A program made the position numbers and the translations under genes. From Deltaproteobacteria bacterium (GTDB lineage Bacteria > Desulfobacterota > Binatia > UBA12015), in the NCBI GenBank assembly GCA_046583355.1, contig JAYGCM010000009.1, positions 1 to 64,000 of the forward strand: 64,000 bases of DNA, read 5' to 3'. Each line of letters opens with the position of its first letter. Position 1 is the first letter of the stretch. Below the pieces are notes generated by a model. It was given only the letters and a program-made list of their open reading frames with translations, made no database searches and had not been told where the DNA came from. Positions 1-9,777 of this stretch are shown in pieces.

Positions 1-2011
1 CCCCACCGCCGCGGCGGTATTGCGCAATCCAGCGCGCCCCTTCCTGGCGCAATGCCTCGTCGTCAATTGGCGATTGTTCGGCCCGGTCCTTGCGCAGGTC
101 GAAGATCCGATCCGGCACGAGCGCATCCTTCCGCACGAGGAAGCGATGCGTATCGGTTCGCGCGACCGTGCTCTCGAATCCCTTGCGCCTATTCTCTGCA
201 AATACCGCTCGGGGTGCGACGGGGACATTCCCCTCCAGTCGGGACACCAGTGAGATGCCATCGAAATCAGTGCCGACCGAGACTCCGGCGAGCTCCAGCA
301 CGGTTGGCAATACATCGACCAGCGACACCACCTGGTCAACGCGCAGGCCGGCGGGGATGCGACCGGGTGCGCGCAGCATCAACGGCACATGCATCACCGA
401 TTCCCAGGGAATTTGCGAATGACCGATATGACCGTGCAGACCGAACTCTTCGCCGTGATCCGAGGTAATGACAACGATCGTATTGTCGCTGAGACCGAGC
501 TCATCGAGTTGCGTGAGAAACCTGCCGACAATCGTATCGGTGTAGAGCACCTCGCCCGCATAGGCGTTGTTCTGCTCGACCGCCTTGCGACGGATGCCCT
601 TGGCGGAGATCGCGCTCAGATGCTGGGCGAAGAGATCGAATTCGGGCGGCGGCCGGTAGGGGCCATGCACCTGGTAGGTGTGTACGAAAAGGAAGAACCG
701 ATCCTCGCGATGCGCCTCGGCGTAGCCGATTGCTGCGGCAAAAGTCTCCTCGATCGATCCCTGTGCGATCTTCAGACCGACGCCGCGCTCCTCGCGGTAA
801 GCATCGAAACCACGCGCGAAGCCGACCGCGGCCGAGAGCATGGCATTCTCGGTCACCGCTCCAGTCGCGTAGCCTTCGGCGGCAAAAATCTGCGCCGCGA
901 GCGGAATCTCGCGGGCCAGACGTCGGCCGGGATGGTCGGTGTTGTGGCGCATAGGGTAGAGCCCGGTCAGAAGACTCAGATGCGAGGCCGTGGTCGAGGG
1001 GTAGGTCGTCATCGCCGAGGTAAAGAGCGCGCCTTGGGCAGCAAAGGCGTTCAGGTCCGGCGTGAGCGCGCGACCATTGCGGCTGGCACCCAGATGGTCG
1101 CCGCGGAAAGTATCGAGCGAGATGAAGATCACGTTGGGCGGCTCCGATCGGGCACCCCGCGTGACCAGCATCGGCGATCCGAAGAGCGGCGCGCTGAACG
1201 GCGCCTGCCCCGATTCGACCGGTTTCGCTTCGAAAATAAAGGTGATTGTGCGATTCGCGAATTCGGTGAGGTCGACCGTGCGCTCACGCCAATACTCACC
1301 CGCAGCCGGCTCGATCACCTCGTCCAACAACACCTCGCGCACGCCCGCGCTCTCGGCGGAAACCCGCATGCGCCCGCCGACCGCTCCGACCTTCGCGGCC
1401 TCCTCCTGAATCGCAAGCCAGGTGATCAGCTTCGCGCCTTCGGGAACCAGGATCGGTGTGGTTGCCCAAGTCTGGCGACCGGTGGCGAAAACGCGGCCAC
1501 GGAGAGTTGTATGCGCGATACCCTTATTTTTCACCCCGGTCGGCAGAATCGCGCTGATCCGGTGCTGCGTGGACGACAACAAGAAGGGATCGAGCGTCAG
1601 GTAGCCGACAAAATTGTCGGCAGTGACGGTCGTCTCAATCAGAACCGGCACACCCGCCAGACGCCGCGGACGCCGCTGGTCGATCCGCAGCATCCCCTGC
1701 GCGTCACGCAGCAGAGGCCCACGGAAGAGTGGCTCGAGACGACGACAACCCAGCGACGGGCGACGCACCTGCCCGACCTCGCAGCGCTTGGCCTGGTAGC
1801 CCTGGGGAACAACCAGATTCTCCCATAGGCGCACGGAAACGACACGCGCCGGCGGCGGCGGCTGCGTATCGGTTCCACCCGTGCCCTTTGCGCCCGGCAG
1901 CCGCTCGCAACCACCCACCATCACGAGCGCAAGAAGCGCGAGGCTAGCCGCGACCGAGCGCGGCCGGACCCGGCCAGCGGTCAGATGAGAGCGAATGCGC
2001 GAAGGCAACAT
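1..2011 (-). CDS. Sulfatase-like hydrolase/transferase (alkaline phosphatase superfamily) with N-terminal extension; runs off the window start
   Basis: Manual minus-strand translation (absent from ORF track because no stop is in the window): PNVIFISLDTFRGD, YPSTTASHLSLLTG, FFLFVHTYQVH, VITSDHGEEF, VSLVDVLPT; hydrophobic signal near N-terminus. Start codon uncertain. Confidence 0.8.
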   Translation of the reverse strand, partial: MLPSRIRSHLTAGRVRPRSVAASLALLALVMVGGCERLPGAKGTGGTDTQPPPPARVVSVRLWENLVVPQGYQAKRCEVGQVRRPSLGCRRLEPLFRGPLLRDAQGMLRIDQRRPRRLAGVPVLIETTVTADNFVGYLTLDPFLLSSTQHRISAILPTGVKNKGIAHTTLRGRVFATGRQTWATTPILVPEGAKLITWLAIQEEAAKVGAVGGRMRVSAESAGVREVLLDEVIEPAAGEYWRERTVDLTEFANRTITFIFEAKPVESGQAPFSAPLFGSPMLVTRGARSEPPNVIFISLDTFRGDHLGASRNGRALTPDLNAFAAQGALFTSAMTTYPSTTASHLSLLTGLYPMRHNTDHPGRRLAREIPLAAQIFAAEGYATGAVTENAMLSAAVGFARGFDAYREERGVGLKIAQGSIEETFAAAIGYAEAHREDRFFLFVHTYQVHGPYRPPPEFDLFAQHLSAISAKGIRRKAVEQNNAYAGEVLYTDTIVGRFLTQLDELGLSDNTIVVITSDHGEEFGLHGHIGHSQIPWESVMHVPLMLRAPGRIPAGLRVDQVVSLVDVLPTVLELAGVSVGTDFDGISLVSRLEGNVPVAPRAVFAENRRKGFESTVARTDTHRFLVRKDALVPDRIFDLRKDRAEQSPIDDEALRQEGARWIAQYRRGGG

Positions 2012-2026
2012 CCTTCGATTCATACG

Positions 2027-2065
2027 AAAAAAGACCCGCCGGAGCGAACTCCGGCAGGCCTCTTT
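2027..2065 (-). terminator. Rho-independent terminator downstream of amidohydrolase
   Basis: Minus strand GGCCTGCCGGAG-TTCG-CTCCGGCGGGTC followed by TTTTTT. Confidence 0.8.
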
Positions 2066-2092
2066 CTGCGTGATCTTCGCAAACGCGAGAGA

Positions 2093-3211
2093 TCAGCTCT
2101 TGGCCGGCACCTTGATATTATAGAGACGCGCCGCATTATTACAGAAAAGATTCGGGATCAGATCATCGCGAATATCCTCGCGTTCGATCAGATCCTTCAC
2201 CGAATTCGGGAAAGCGCAATCCCAATGCAGGTAGTCCGAGGCGTAGCAGATGATGTCGTTGCCCACGGAGTCCGAGACATAGGGCACCATCGCCTCTTCG
2301 GGCTCGGTCGTGAGGAAACAGCGGTGCTTGAAGTACTCCGACGGGGCCTTGTCGATGGCCGGGGCCTGCTCCGGCATATGCTCCCAATGCTCGTCGAGAC
2401 GCTCGAGCCAGAAGGGCAGCCAGCCGACCGCGGCCTCCATGAAGCCGACGCGCAGCTTCGGGTGACGGGCGAGAATCCCGCCGACGGTGAAATGCGAGAC
2501 CGCCTGCATGGCGCCGACCGGATGGGTGATCGCATGCTTTTCGAGCCGTGTGTTGTAGCGATCGACCAGAATTGGCGTCTGACGCGGCGCCTGGCCGCCG
2601 CCGTGGGTACAGACCGCGATGTCGAGCTTCTCGGCCATGGCCCAGATCGGATCGTATTCCGGGTCAATCAGCTCACGGTTCTGGATATGAGTCGCCGTCA
2701 CGAGACCGACGAAAATATCCGGATGCTTCTCGACGCAGCGCTGCAACTCTTCGGCAGCCGCCTGGCCGTTCATCATCGGGAGCTTGATCATCATCTTGAT
2801 GCGTGAAGAATCATGGCTCGCGTACTCGGCGCGGGCATCATTCAGCGTCTGGCAGATGGCGACGGCGAATTTCTCGTCATCAAGAGCAAACTCTTCACCC
2901 GCACCGGGCGGGTAGAGCACGGCCACATCGATGCCTTCTTCGTCCATATCCTCGATACGAGCAGCCGGCTCGCGCACGCCCGGACGCGTCGGCACGTCGA
3001 ACTCGAACGGATCTTCGGGCCATGAGATATCGCGCTTGGTGAACTCGTTGGTCTGCATCCCGCCGCCAGGAAGCCCCGTGAAGGTAGCCTTCATTTCGGC
3101 GATATATTCGAGCATCTGACTCTTGAATTGAGCCGGGATGCGCTTGCGCCACCCGTGCGGTTCGCCGCCGTGTCCATCTGAGTCAACGATAAATTGTCCG
3201 TTAAAAGCCAT
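2093..3211 (-). CDS. Amidohydrolase family protein (Amidohydro_2)
   Basis: IVDSDGH, DMDEEGIDVAVLYP, AVCTHG, RHPKLRVGFMEA, YASDYLHWD motifs. Confidence 0.88.
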   Translation of the reverse strand: MAFNGQFIVDSDGHGGEPHGWRKRIPAQFKSQMLEYIAEMKATFTGLPGGGMQTNEFTKRDISWPEDPFEFDVPTRPGVREPAARIEDMDEEGIDVAVLYPPGAGEEFALDDEKFAVAICQTLNDARAEYASHDSSRIKMMIKLPMMNGQAAAEELQRCVEKHPDIFVGLVTATHIQNRELIDPEYDPIWAMAEKLDIAVCTHGGGQAPRQTPILVDRYNTRLEKHAITHPVGAMQAVSHFTVGGILARHPKLRVGFMEAAVGWLPFWLERLDEHWEHMPEQAPAIDKAPSEYFKHRCFLTTEPEEAMVPYVSDSVGNDIICYASDYLHWDCAFPNSVKDLIEREDIRDDLIPNLFCNNAARLYNIKVPAKS

Positions 3212-3278
3212 TCTCTACTCCTGCTAGCCGCCCTTCGGGCGGATGGCGCGCGTGGTGTCCCCCGCCCGCCGGTTTGTT

Positions 3279-5012
3279 TCAGTTTATTGTCGTGCCGGAC
3301 GGCCGCACCAGCTGTCCGGGAAGCGCCTTGGTCAATTCCCCGTCGATGACGATCGCCTCGCCATTGACGATGGTCGCGAAAATCCCCTCGGGACGTGCCT
3401 GGAAACGGCCTGCTCCACCGGGCAGATCATGCACCATGCGCTTGGTGCCAGCGCCAATCATTTTCTCATCAAAAATCATCAGATCGGCGGCAAGTCCGGG
3501 CTGGACCATGCCGCGGTCGGTGATGCCCGCCATCGCTGCCGGCACCTGAGTCAGCTGTCGAATTCCTTCCTCCAGCGTCCATTCCTTTTTCTCTCGTACC
3601 CAATGACTCAAGAAATAGGTCGACCAATCTGCACCATCGTCACGGTCGAGATGCGCACCGCCATCGGAGACGCCCATCAGAATGGCCGGGTGCTTCATGC
3701 TCTCTTTGACCGCTGCTTCCCAGCGGTCCGAGCGGTCTTCCCAGCGGAATTTCATCTGCAGGTCTTCGGAGAGCGCCAAGTCGAGCATCGCATCGGCAGG
3801 CTCTTTGCCCATCTCGGCGGCAATCTCGCTGATCGTGCGACGGAGGTATTTCTCATTCTCCGGCCGGGTCACCTCATCGACGATCGTCACCTCAAATTTG
3901 GGCGGCGGCATCGTCGAGCCCTTATCCTCGTCGCGGTTCGGGTTCTCGACGGCGTGGCGCATCTCGGTTCGCACCGCGGGGTCGTTCAAGCGGGCGATCT
4001 TCGCGTCGTGGCCCAGCGCCATGAGGGCATTCCAACTCGGCACCGCCCCGTAGAGAGTCGAGCCGCGCTCGAAGTCGATCGGTCGATCGAAGGGGTTGTT
4101 GCGCATGAGCGAGAAAATCGCGGCGCCTTGCTCCGAGGCGCGCTCGAGGAAGACCAAGGCCTCCTCCCAGCCGGCACCAGGAACATCGACCTTGTCGCGG
4201 CCACCCAAACCTTGGATGACGATCGGCAGGCGCGAGAGCAGCGCGAGTTCTATCAGCAAATCTTCGTCAGCATGGTTGAGGCCACCGACGACACTGCGTG
4301 GCAGATACGAGATGCTGCCACCGCCACTCTCGCCGGTGGCGGCCACCAGGGCCTTGAGTTCGTCCAGCGAAGAGAATCGGCTCGGTATCGGCCGGTCCTC
4401 ACCATCAACCTGAGTCGGTGCGTGGGAGGACGAGAAACCGGCCGCGCCGGCTGCCATCGCCTCGCGCACCAGCCGCTGCATCTCCGCCACCTCGTCCGGC
4501 GTTGCCTCACGCTCGGACCCATCGGCCCCCATCACGTAGCGGCGAAGGCTGGAGTGGCCGATATAGCAGGCCAGGTTGACGCCGAGCTTGCCCCTGCGCG
4601 CCTCAAGGAATTCGGGGAAGGTCTCGAAATCCCACTTTACACCAGCGAGTGCCTCGGGCGCCATCCCCTCGACCTTGGCAAACATACGCGCGAGATAGGG
4701 CCGCGCTTCGGGTTTGGCCGGTGCGAGCGAGAAGCCACAATTGCCCGCGATGATCGTCGTGACCCCGTGGTAACAGCTCGAGGTCGCCCACGGGTCAAAG
4801 GTCAGCTGCGGGTCGTAATGCGTATGGGCATCAATGATGCCCGGGGCGACGATGCGGCCGGTGGCATCCATCGTCTGTTTCGTATCCGCAGCATCGACGA
4901 CATGCCCGACGGCCATAATCCGGCCATCTTTTATTGCTACATCACCGCGACGCCGGGCCAAGCCCGTACCGTCCACGACGATGCCTCCACTGATGACGAG
5001 ATCATAACGCAT
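3279..5012 (-). CDS. N-acyl-D-amino-acid deacylase family amidohydrolase
   Basis: YDLVISGGIVVDGTG, APGIIDAHTHYD, GVTTIIAGNCG, SDGGAH, GLAADLMIFD. Confidence 0.88.
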   Translation of the reverse strand: MRYDLVISGGIVVDGTGLARRRGDVAIKDGRIMAVGHVVDAADTKQTMDATGRIVAPGIIDAHTHYDPQLTFDPWATSSCYHGVTTIIAGNCGFSLAPAKPEARPYLARMFAKVEGMAPEALAGVKWDFETFPEFLEARRGKLGVNLACYIGHSSLRRYVMGADGSEREATPDEVAEMQRLVREAMAAGAAGFSSSHAPTQVDGEDRPIPSRFSSLDELKALVAATGESGGGSISYLPRSVVGGLNHADEDLLIELALLSRLPIVIQGLGGRDKVDVPGAGWEEALVFLERASEQGAAIFSLMRNNPFDRPIDFERGSTLYGAVPSWNALMALGHDAKIARLNDPAVRTEMRHAVENPNRDEDKGSTMPPPKFEVTIVDEVTRPENEKYLRRTISEIAAEMGKEPADAMLDLALSEDLQMKFRWEDRSDRWEAAVKESMKHPAILMGVSDGGAHLDRDDGADWSTYFLSHWVREKKEWTLEEGIRQLTQVPAAMAGITDRGMVQPGLAADLMIFDEKMIGAGTKRMVHDLPGGAGRFQARPEGIFATIVNGEAIVIDGELTKALPGQLVRPSGTTIN

Positions 5013-5024
5013 ACTCAGAATCTC

Positions 5025-5582
5025 CTAGCGCGGCCCACGGGACTCGAAGGCATCGAGCAAAACCCGCAGGGATTGGTCGATATCGGCGAGCTGCCCGGGC
5101 GAAACGGGGGCCAGCAATTGATGAGTGCCGCCGAGCAGGTCGGTGAAAACTTTTTCCTGCATCGCGACCCCAGCCTCGGTCAGGCCGACCAGCGAGCCGC
5201 GGCCGTCGTCCGGGTCGGCAAAGCGCTCGACCAGGCCGCGCTCTTCGAGGCGTTTGAGCATTTTGCTCATGCCACCCGAGGACCGGTGCAGCACGCTGTA
5301 GAGCTGGCTCGGCGAGGAGCGATAAGGCACGCCAATGCGCCGCAGGGCAGCCAAAACGGTGTAGTCGGCCGGTGTCAGGCCGAAGGGCTGCAGCATGCGG
5401 GTCTGAAAGGCGTCGATGAGAATGCCCAGGCGCGCGAGGCGCACCAGCGGCGGCAGAGGCGAAACATCAGCTTCCGGGTGCTCACGCGCCCAGGCCTCAG
5501 CCAACTCATCGGTCCAGTCGCCAGCCTTCCCAAAGCCGCTCAAACCGGCACTCAAGCCGTTTTTCTCCTCCGCCAAATGCAT
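5025..5582 (-). CDS. MarR family transcriptional regulator
   Basis: GLTPADYTVLAALRR, SSGGMSKMLKRLEERGLVER..DPDDGR..LVGLT wHTH; start taken at MHLAEE. Confidence 0.88.
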   Translation of the reverse strand: MHLAEEKNGLSAGLSGFGKAGDWTDELAEAWAREHPEADVSPLPPLVRLARLGILIDAFQTRMLQPFGLTPADYTVLAALRRIGVPYRSSPSQLYSVLHRSSGGMSKMLKRLEERGLVERFADPDDGRGSLVGLTEAGVAMQEKVFTDLLGGTHQLLAPVSPGQLADIDQSLRVLLDAFESRGPR

Positions 5583-5597
5583 CCGCCTGCCCCAACT

Positions 5598-5617
5598 ATA
5601 CCTTTCGCGAAAGCTAT
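5598..5617. promoter_or_regulatory. Palindromic operator, probably the MarR autoregulatory site
   Basis: ATA-C-CTTTCGCGAAAG-C-TAT near-perfect 20-bp palindrome about 16 nt upstream of the marR ATG. Confidence 0.55.
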
Positions 5618-5680
5618 CGCAACAGCTTGAATCCCCGGGAAGGTTCCCCCCTCGCACCTCCCCCAACCCCGCCCCCGATC

Positions 5681-5790
5681 TAGAAACATCGTTCTGTTTC
5701 GGCTGGAGAAGGTTTCTGGTTCCTTCCCCAGCTGCTTGGAAACAATGTTCTGATTTTACTGGGGGAAGGTTCCTACACGCTTCCTGAGTG
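5681..5790. repeat. Degenerate ~56-57 bp tandem duplication in the serC-marR intergenic region
   Basis: TAGAAACATCGTTCTG..GGAGAAGGTTTCT..CTTCC (5681) vs TGGAAACAATGTTCTG..GGGGAAGGTTCCT..CTTCC (5737). Confidence 0.5.
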
Positions 5791-5830
5791 GGCATGGAGT
5801 GGGCATAAGATACTGAAATAACTGGTTATT

Positions 5831-6964
<1,134 letters not shown>

Positions 6965-7067
6965 TTCCCGGATCTAACAGACTCCCGCCGAACTCTCCGC
7001 GCCGGGTCTCGCGAGAGGGCCGGCCGAACAGGCAGGCGGCATTCAAGCGCCGCCTGCCGCCGAACCT

Positions 7068-8834
7068 CTACGGCGCCTCGTCGACAGCCAGGCCGCCGAT
7101 CAGCACGAACATCTCGTCATCGGTCGTGATACCGCCCGAGATGGCGCATGCATCACAAAAACCGTCGCCCGCCCCCGGCGAGGAATCGCAGGTGGCGTGG
7201 TCGTTGCGCCCACCGCAAGGCTCGCCGATCTGCCCTTCGGCACAATGCGTCGGTTCGCAATTGCTGCGCGCCGGCTTGCGCGAGAGTCGCGTCACCGTCT
7301 GGGGATCCGGCGAACCATCGGCGGCAACGCCATTGTTGTAGACCGCACAATATTCGAGCGTACGCTGCGCCGGGTCGTCCGAGTCGAAGACCCATGGCTC
7401 ATCAAAGGTCATGTAGAACGGATCGTCGTAGAAGTGACTCTCGTAGAAACGGTTGCCGTCCGGGTCGTTCACCCAGAAGAGCTCACCGCGTTTATGCGTA
7501 TGCGAGGTGAGCATCAGAAGGCCGTCGCCCTGATTGAAGGTATGTTCACGACACACGGTCTGCTTCGTGAAAGGCGCCGTGCCTGCACCCGCACCGATGT
7601 GCGAGAAGTTATGCCATTGCCACATACTGACCTTGCGTTCGTCGGCGAAGAAATAGTTCCGCCACGCGCGGTGCATGGTGTCCTCGCCCGTCAGGTTGAA
7701 TGCATGCGAGTTCCAATAAACCAGGCCTCGGACCGGCACCTTGACGAAGAATCCATCGACCGACGTATCCGGGATGAAAAACGTCTCGTTGAAATTAAGT
7801 GCGCCGTTGGGGCGGCCCTCGGCCGGGCCAAAACCGAAGCAGGCAGTGGCGTTGCGGATCGCACTGCGACAAAGCCCCTCACCGCAGCCGGACGTATCGA
7901 GCGGATCACAGCCCTCGCCGTCGCTCGCGCCCCCAGCGCAAACCCATTCGCCATAGGAAGCATCATTGATGAGTTCGAGCGGCGTTGTCGGCTTCATCAC
8001 GATCAGGTGGTGGGTATTGGCGTCTTCGCGACGCACTTCTTTGTTCGCGAAGAAATACTCTCCGGTTTCGTCAAGGTATTCAGCCGGGATCTGTCCGCGG
8101 AAATCGTAGTACGACGCGTAGCAGATTTCGACCTCAGTACCGGCCGCGATGAAATGCTGCGGCATCACGAGCTGAACACCTTCGTCTGCTGCCGGCGCAG
8201 CTAGCGCCACGGCCCGAACCGGGTCGGCGGGCGGCAGACAAACGCCAAGCTTCGCCGAGACAAGGGCAGAATTTCCGGTGGCGTTATCCCCCACGCTACC
8301 GATGGCCGGCGCACCTTTCTCGATCCACAAACGCACCACATCAAGCTGCCCTTCAGTGAGCATCGCGTCACCCAGGGGCATCGCGCTACCGGCGATCGTC
8401 AGACCCGCCATTTTCTCCGGAGCGGTCTTCGCCGCCAGCTTCAAATATAGATAACTCTTGAGTGGGTCGCCCGGCATCACCAGGTCGAAGAGGCTGCCGC
8501 TTGAGGGCCTGTCCACAAGGTTCGCATGGCTCGCCCCCGCGCTCAGGTCGAGTCCGCCGGCGGCGGCCGAGCCGTGGCAGGCATCGTTGCTGCAACTCAT
8601 GCCGTCCCAAAGCACATCCTGGATCGCGTCATAGGTATTTTCGAAATCCACCTCGCAGGCGGGATCCTCGGGCGCCGGTATCGGCGCGGGCGTCGGTTCC
8701 GGGGCGGGCTCGGCCGTGGGCGCGGGCGGCTGCGCGGCGGGATCGGCCGGGCCGCTACTGCCACTGCACGCACCGAGGCATGCTGCGGCCACCAGAGAAA
8801 GAAGAACGGCGAATAGGCGAAGCGATTTCATCAT
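7068..8834 (-). CDS. Lipoprotein: CX4CH cytochrome c-like domain fused to a copper type II (PHM/DBH-like) monooxygenase, Cys-rich inserts (paralog 1)
   Basis: Lipobox LGAC; Pro-rich linker; CSNDACHG..GGLDL..PGDP..S..MP..LWIEKGA; NTHHL, NSHAFN, SHTHKRG, TTDDEM. Confidence 0.7.
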   Translation of the reverse strand: MMKSLRLFAVLLSLVAAACLGACSGSSGPADPAAQPPAPTAEPAPEPTPAPIPAPEDPACEVDFENTYDAIQDVLWDGMSCSNDACHGSAAAGGLDLSAGASHANLVDRPSSGSLFDLVMPGDPLKSYLYLKLAAKTAPEKMAGLTIAGSAMPLGDAMLTEGQLDVVRLWIEKGAPAIGSVGDNATGNSALVSAKLGVCLPPADPVRAVALAAPAADEGVQLVMPQHFIAAGTEVEICYASYYDFRGQIPAEYLDETGEYFFANKEVRREDANTHHLIVMKPTTPLELINDASYGEWVCAGGASDGEGCDPLDTSGCGEGLCRSAIRNATACFGFGPAEGRPNGALNFNETFFIPDTSVDGFFVKVPVRGLVYWNSHAFNLTGEDTMHRAWRNYFFADERKVSMWQWHNFSHIGAGAGTAPFTKQTVCREHTFNQGDGLLMLTSHTHKRGELFWVNDPDGNRFYESHFYDDPFYMTFDEPWVFDSDDPAQRTLEYCAVYNNGVAADGSPDPQTVTRLSRKPARSNCEPTHCAEGQIGEPCGGRNDHATCDSSPGAGDGFCDACAISGGITTDDEMFVLIGGLAVDEAP

Positions 8835-8934
8835 CCGAGATACCCTCGGCTCCGTTATGGGTGGAGCCATCCGGAAAGTCTACCAACCCGCACGGCCGCG
8901 CGCTTGAACTTCGCAAAACCCGCCACGCGTTGAT

Positions 8935-8948
8935 AGAACACGTGTTCA
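8935..8948. promoter_or_regulatory. Putative operator copy 1 (AGAACACGTGTTCA)
   Basis: 14-bp palindrome 22 nt upstream of the SDR ATG; related copies at 16069, 16113, 21221, 32005, 48679. Confidence 0.65.
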
Positions 8949-8970
8949 GCCAAAGGAAAGAGGGGACACC

Positions 8971-9735
8971 ATGGGATTGTATTGCGTCACAGGGGGAGCG
9001 TCGGGAATCGGCGCCGGCATCGTAGAGCGACTGCGTCAGGATGGCCACGATGTCTTCATCGTCGACCTCCAGAAAGCTGACATTCTTGCCGATCTCAGCT
9101 CGCAAGAGGGCCGCGAGGCGGCCGCCGATGGCATTCGCGCAAAAGCGCCCGACGGGCTCGACGGCTTTGTTCCCTGCGCCGGCATCGGCCCCGGCGTCGA
9201 TCCGATCTCGTTGATCACCCGCATCAATTATTTCGGCGCCGTGAACCTCACCTGCGCCATCAAGGACGTGGTCGCAAAACGCCGCGGCGCGATCGTCATG
9301 ATCTCGTCGAACTCCTCGCGCATGGCCCCTTGCCCGCCGGAGTACTTCGATGCCTTGCTTGGCGGCGACGAAGAAGCCGCCTGCAAATTCATCGACAGCA
9401 AGGATGGCCAGACCGCTTACGCCGGCGGCAAATTCGCCGTCTCGGTGTGGATGCGCCGCAACACCCAGCCGTGGCTCGCTGACGGCGTGCGCCTCAACGC
9501 GGTAGCTCCAGGCTTCGTCACCACCGCGCTCACCGCCAAGGGCAAGGACGACCCGACCTACGGCCCGCTGATGGTCGAGTTCGCGAAATCGATCCCAGTC
9601 GGCCGCGAAGGCGTACCGGCGGATATCGCCGAAGCCGTCACGTTCCTGCTCAGCGACAAGGCGACCTTCATCGCCGGATCGGTACTCTACGTCGACGGCG
9701 GCCACGACGCACTGCTGCGACCCGATTCCTACTGA
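8971..9735 (+). CDS. SDR oxidoreductase, 3-alpha-hydroxysteroid dehydrogenase/carbonyl reductase-like
   Basis: TGGASGIG, ADLSSQEGR, NYFGA, YAGGK, VRLNAVAPG, VDGGHDALLRP; architecture closely matches Comamonas 3-alpha-HSD as recalled. Confidence 0.8.
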   Translation: MGLYCVTGGASGIGAGIVERLRQDGHDVFIVDLQKADILADLSSQEGREAAADGIRAKAPDGLDGFVPCAGIGPGVDPISLITRINYFGAVNLTCAIKDVVAKRRGAIVMISSNSSRMAPCPPEYFDALLGGDEEAACKFIDSKDGQTAYAGGKFAVSVWMRRNTQPWLADGVRLNAVAPGFVTTALTAKGKDDPTYGPLMVEFAKSIPVGREGVPADIAEAVTFLLSDKATFIAGSVLYVDGGHDALLRPDSY

Positions 9736-9777
9736 ACAGGCTCGGACCGCCTGCAGCGGCTCTGTAAAGGAATAAAA

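Noticed and set aside
389..1828. 479-aa plus-strand ORF, and similar long ORFs at 3243-5630, 8755-10572, 13171-14847, 21395-23809, 29897-32050 and 48931-50397
   Set aside because: Antisense shadows of well-supported genes, expected at high GC; no recognisable motifs
7068..7300. Extra heme or Fe-S sites in the Cys-rich C-terminus (FCDAC)
   Set aside because: CxxC is not followed by His; in an exported lipoprotein these Cys are more plausibly disulfides
8936..8947. Gram-positive LexA (Cheo) box GAAC-N4-GTTC
   Set aside because: Only this copy fits fully; the related copies precede catabolic genes, not SOS genes
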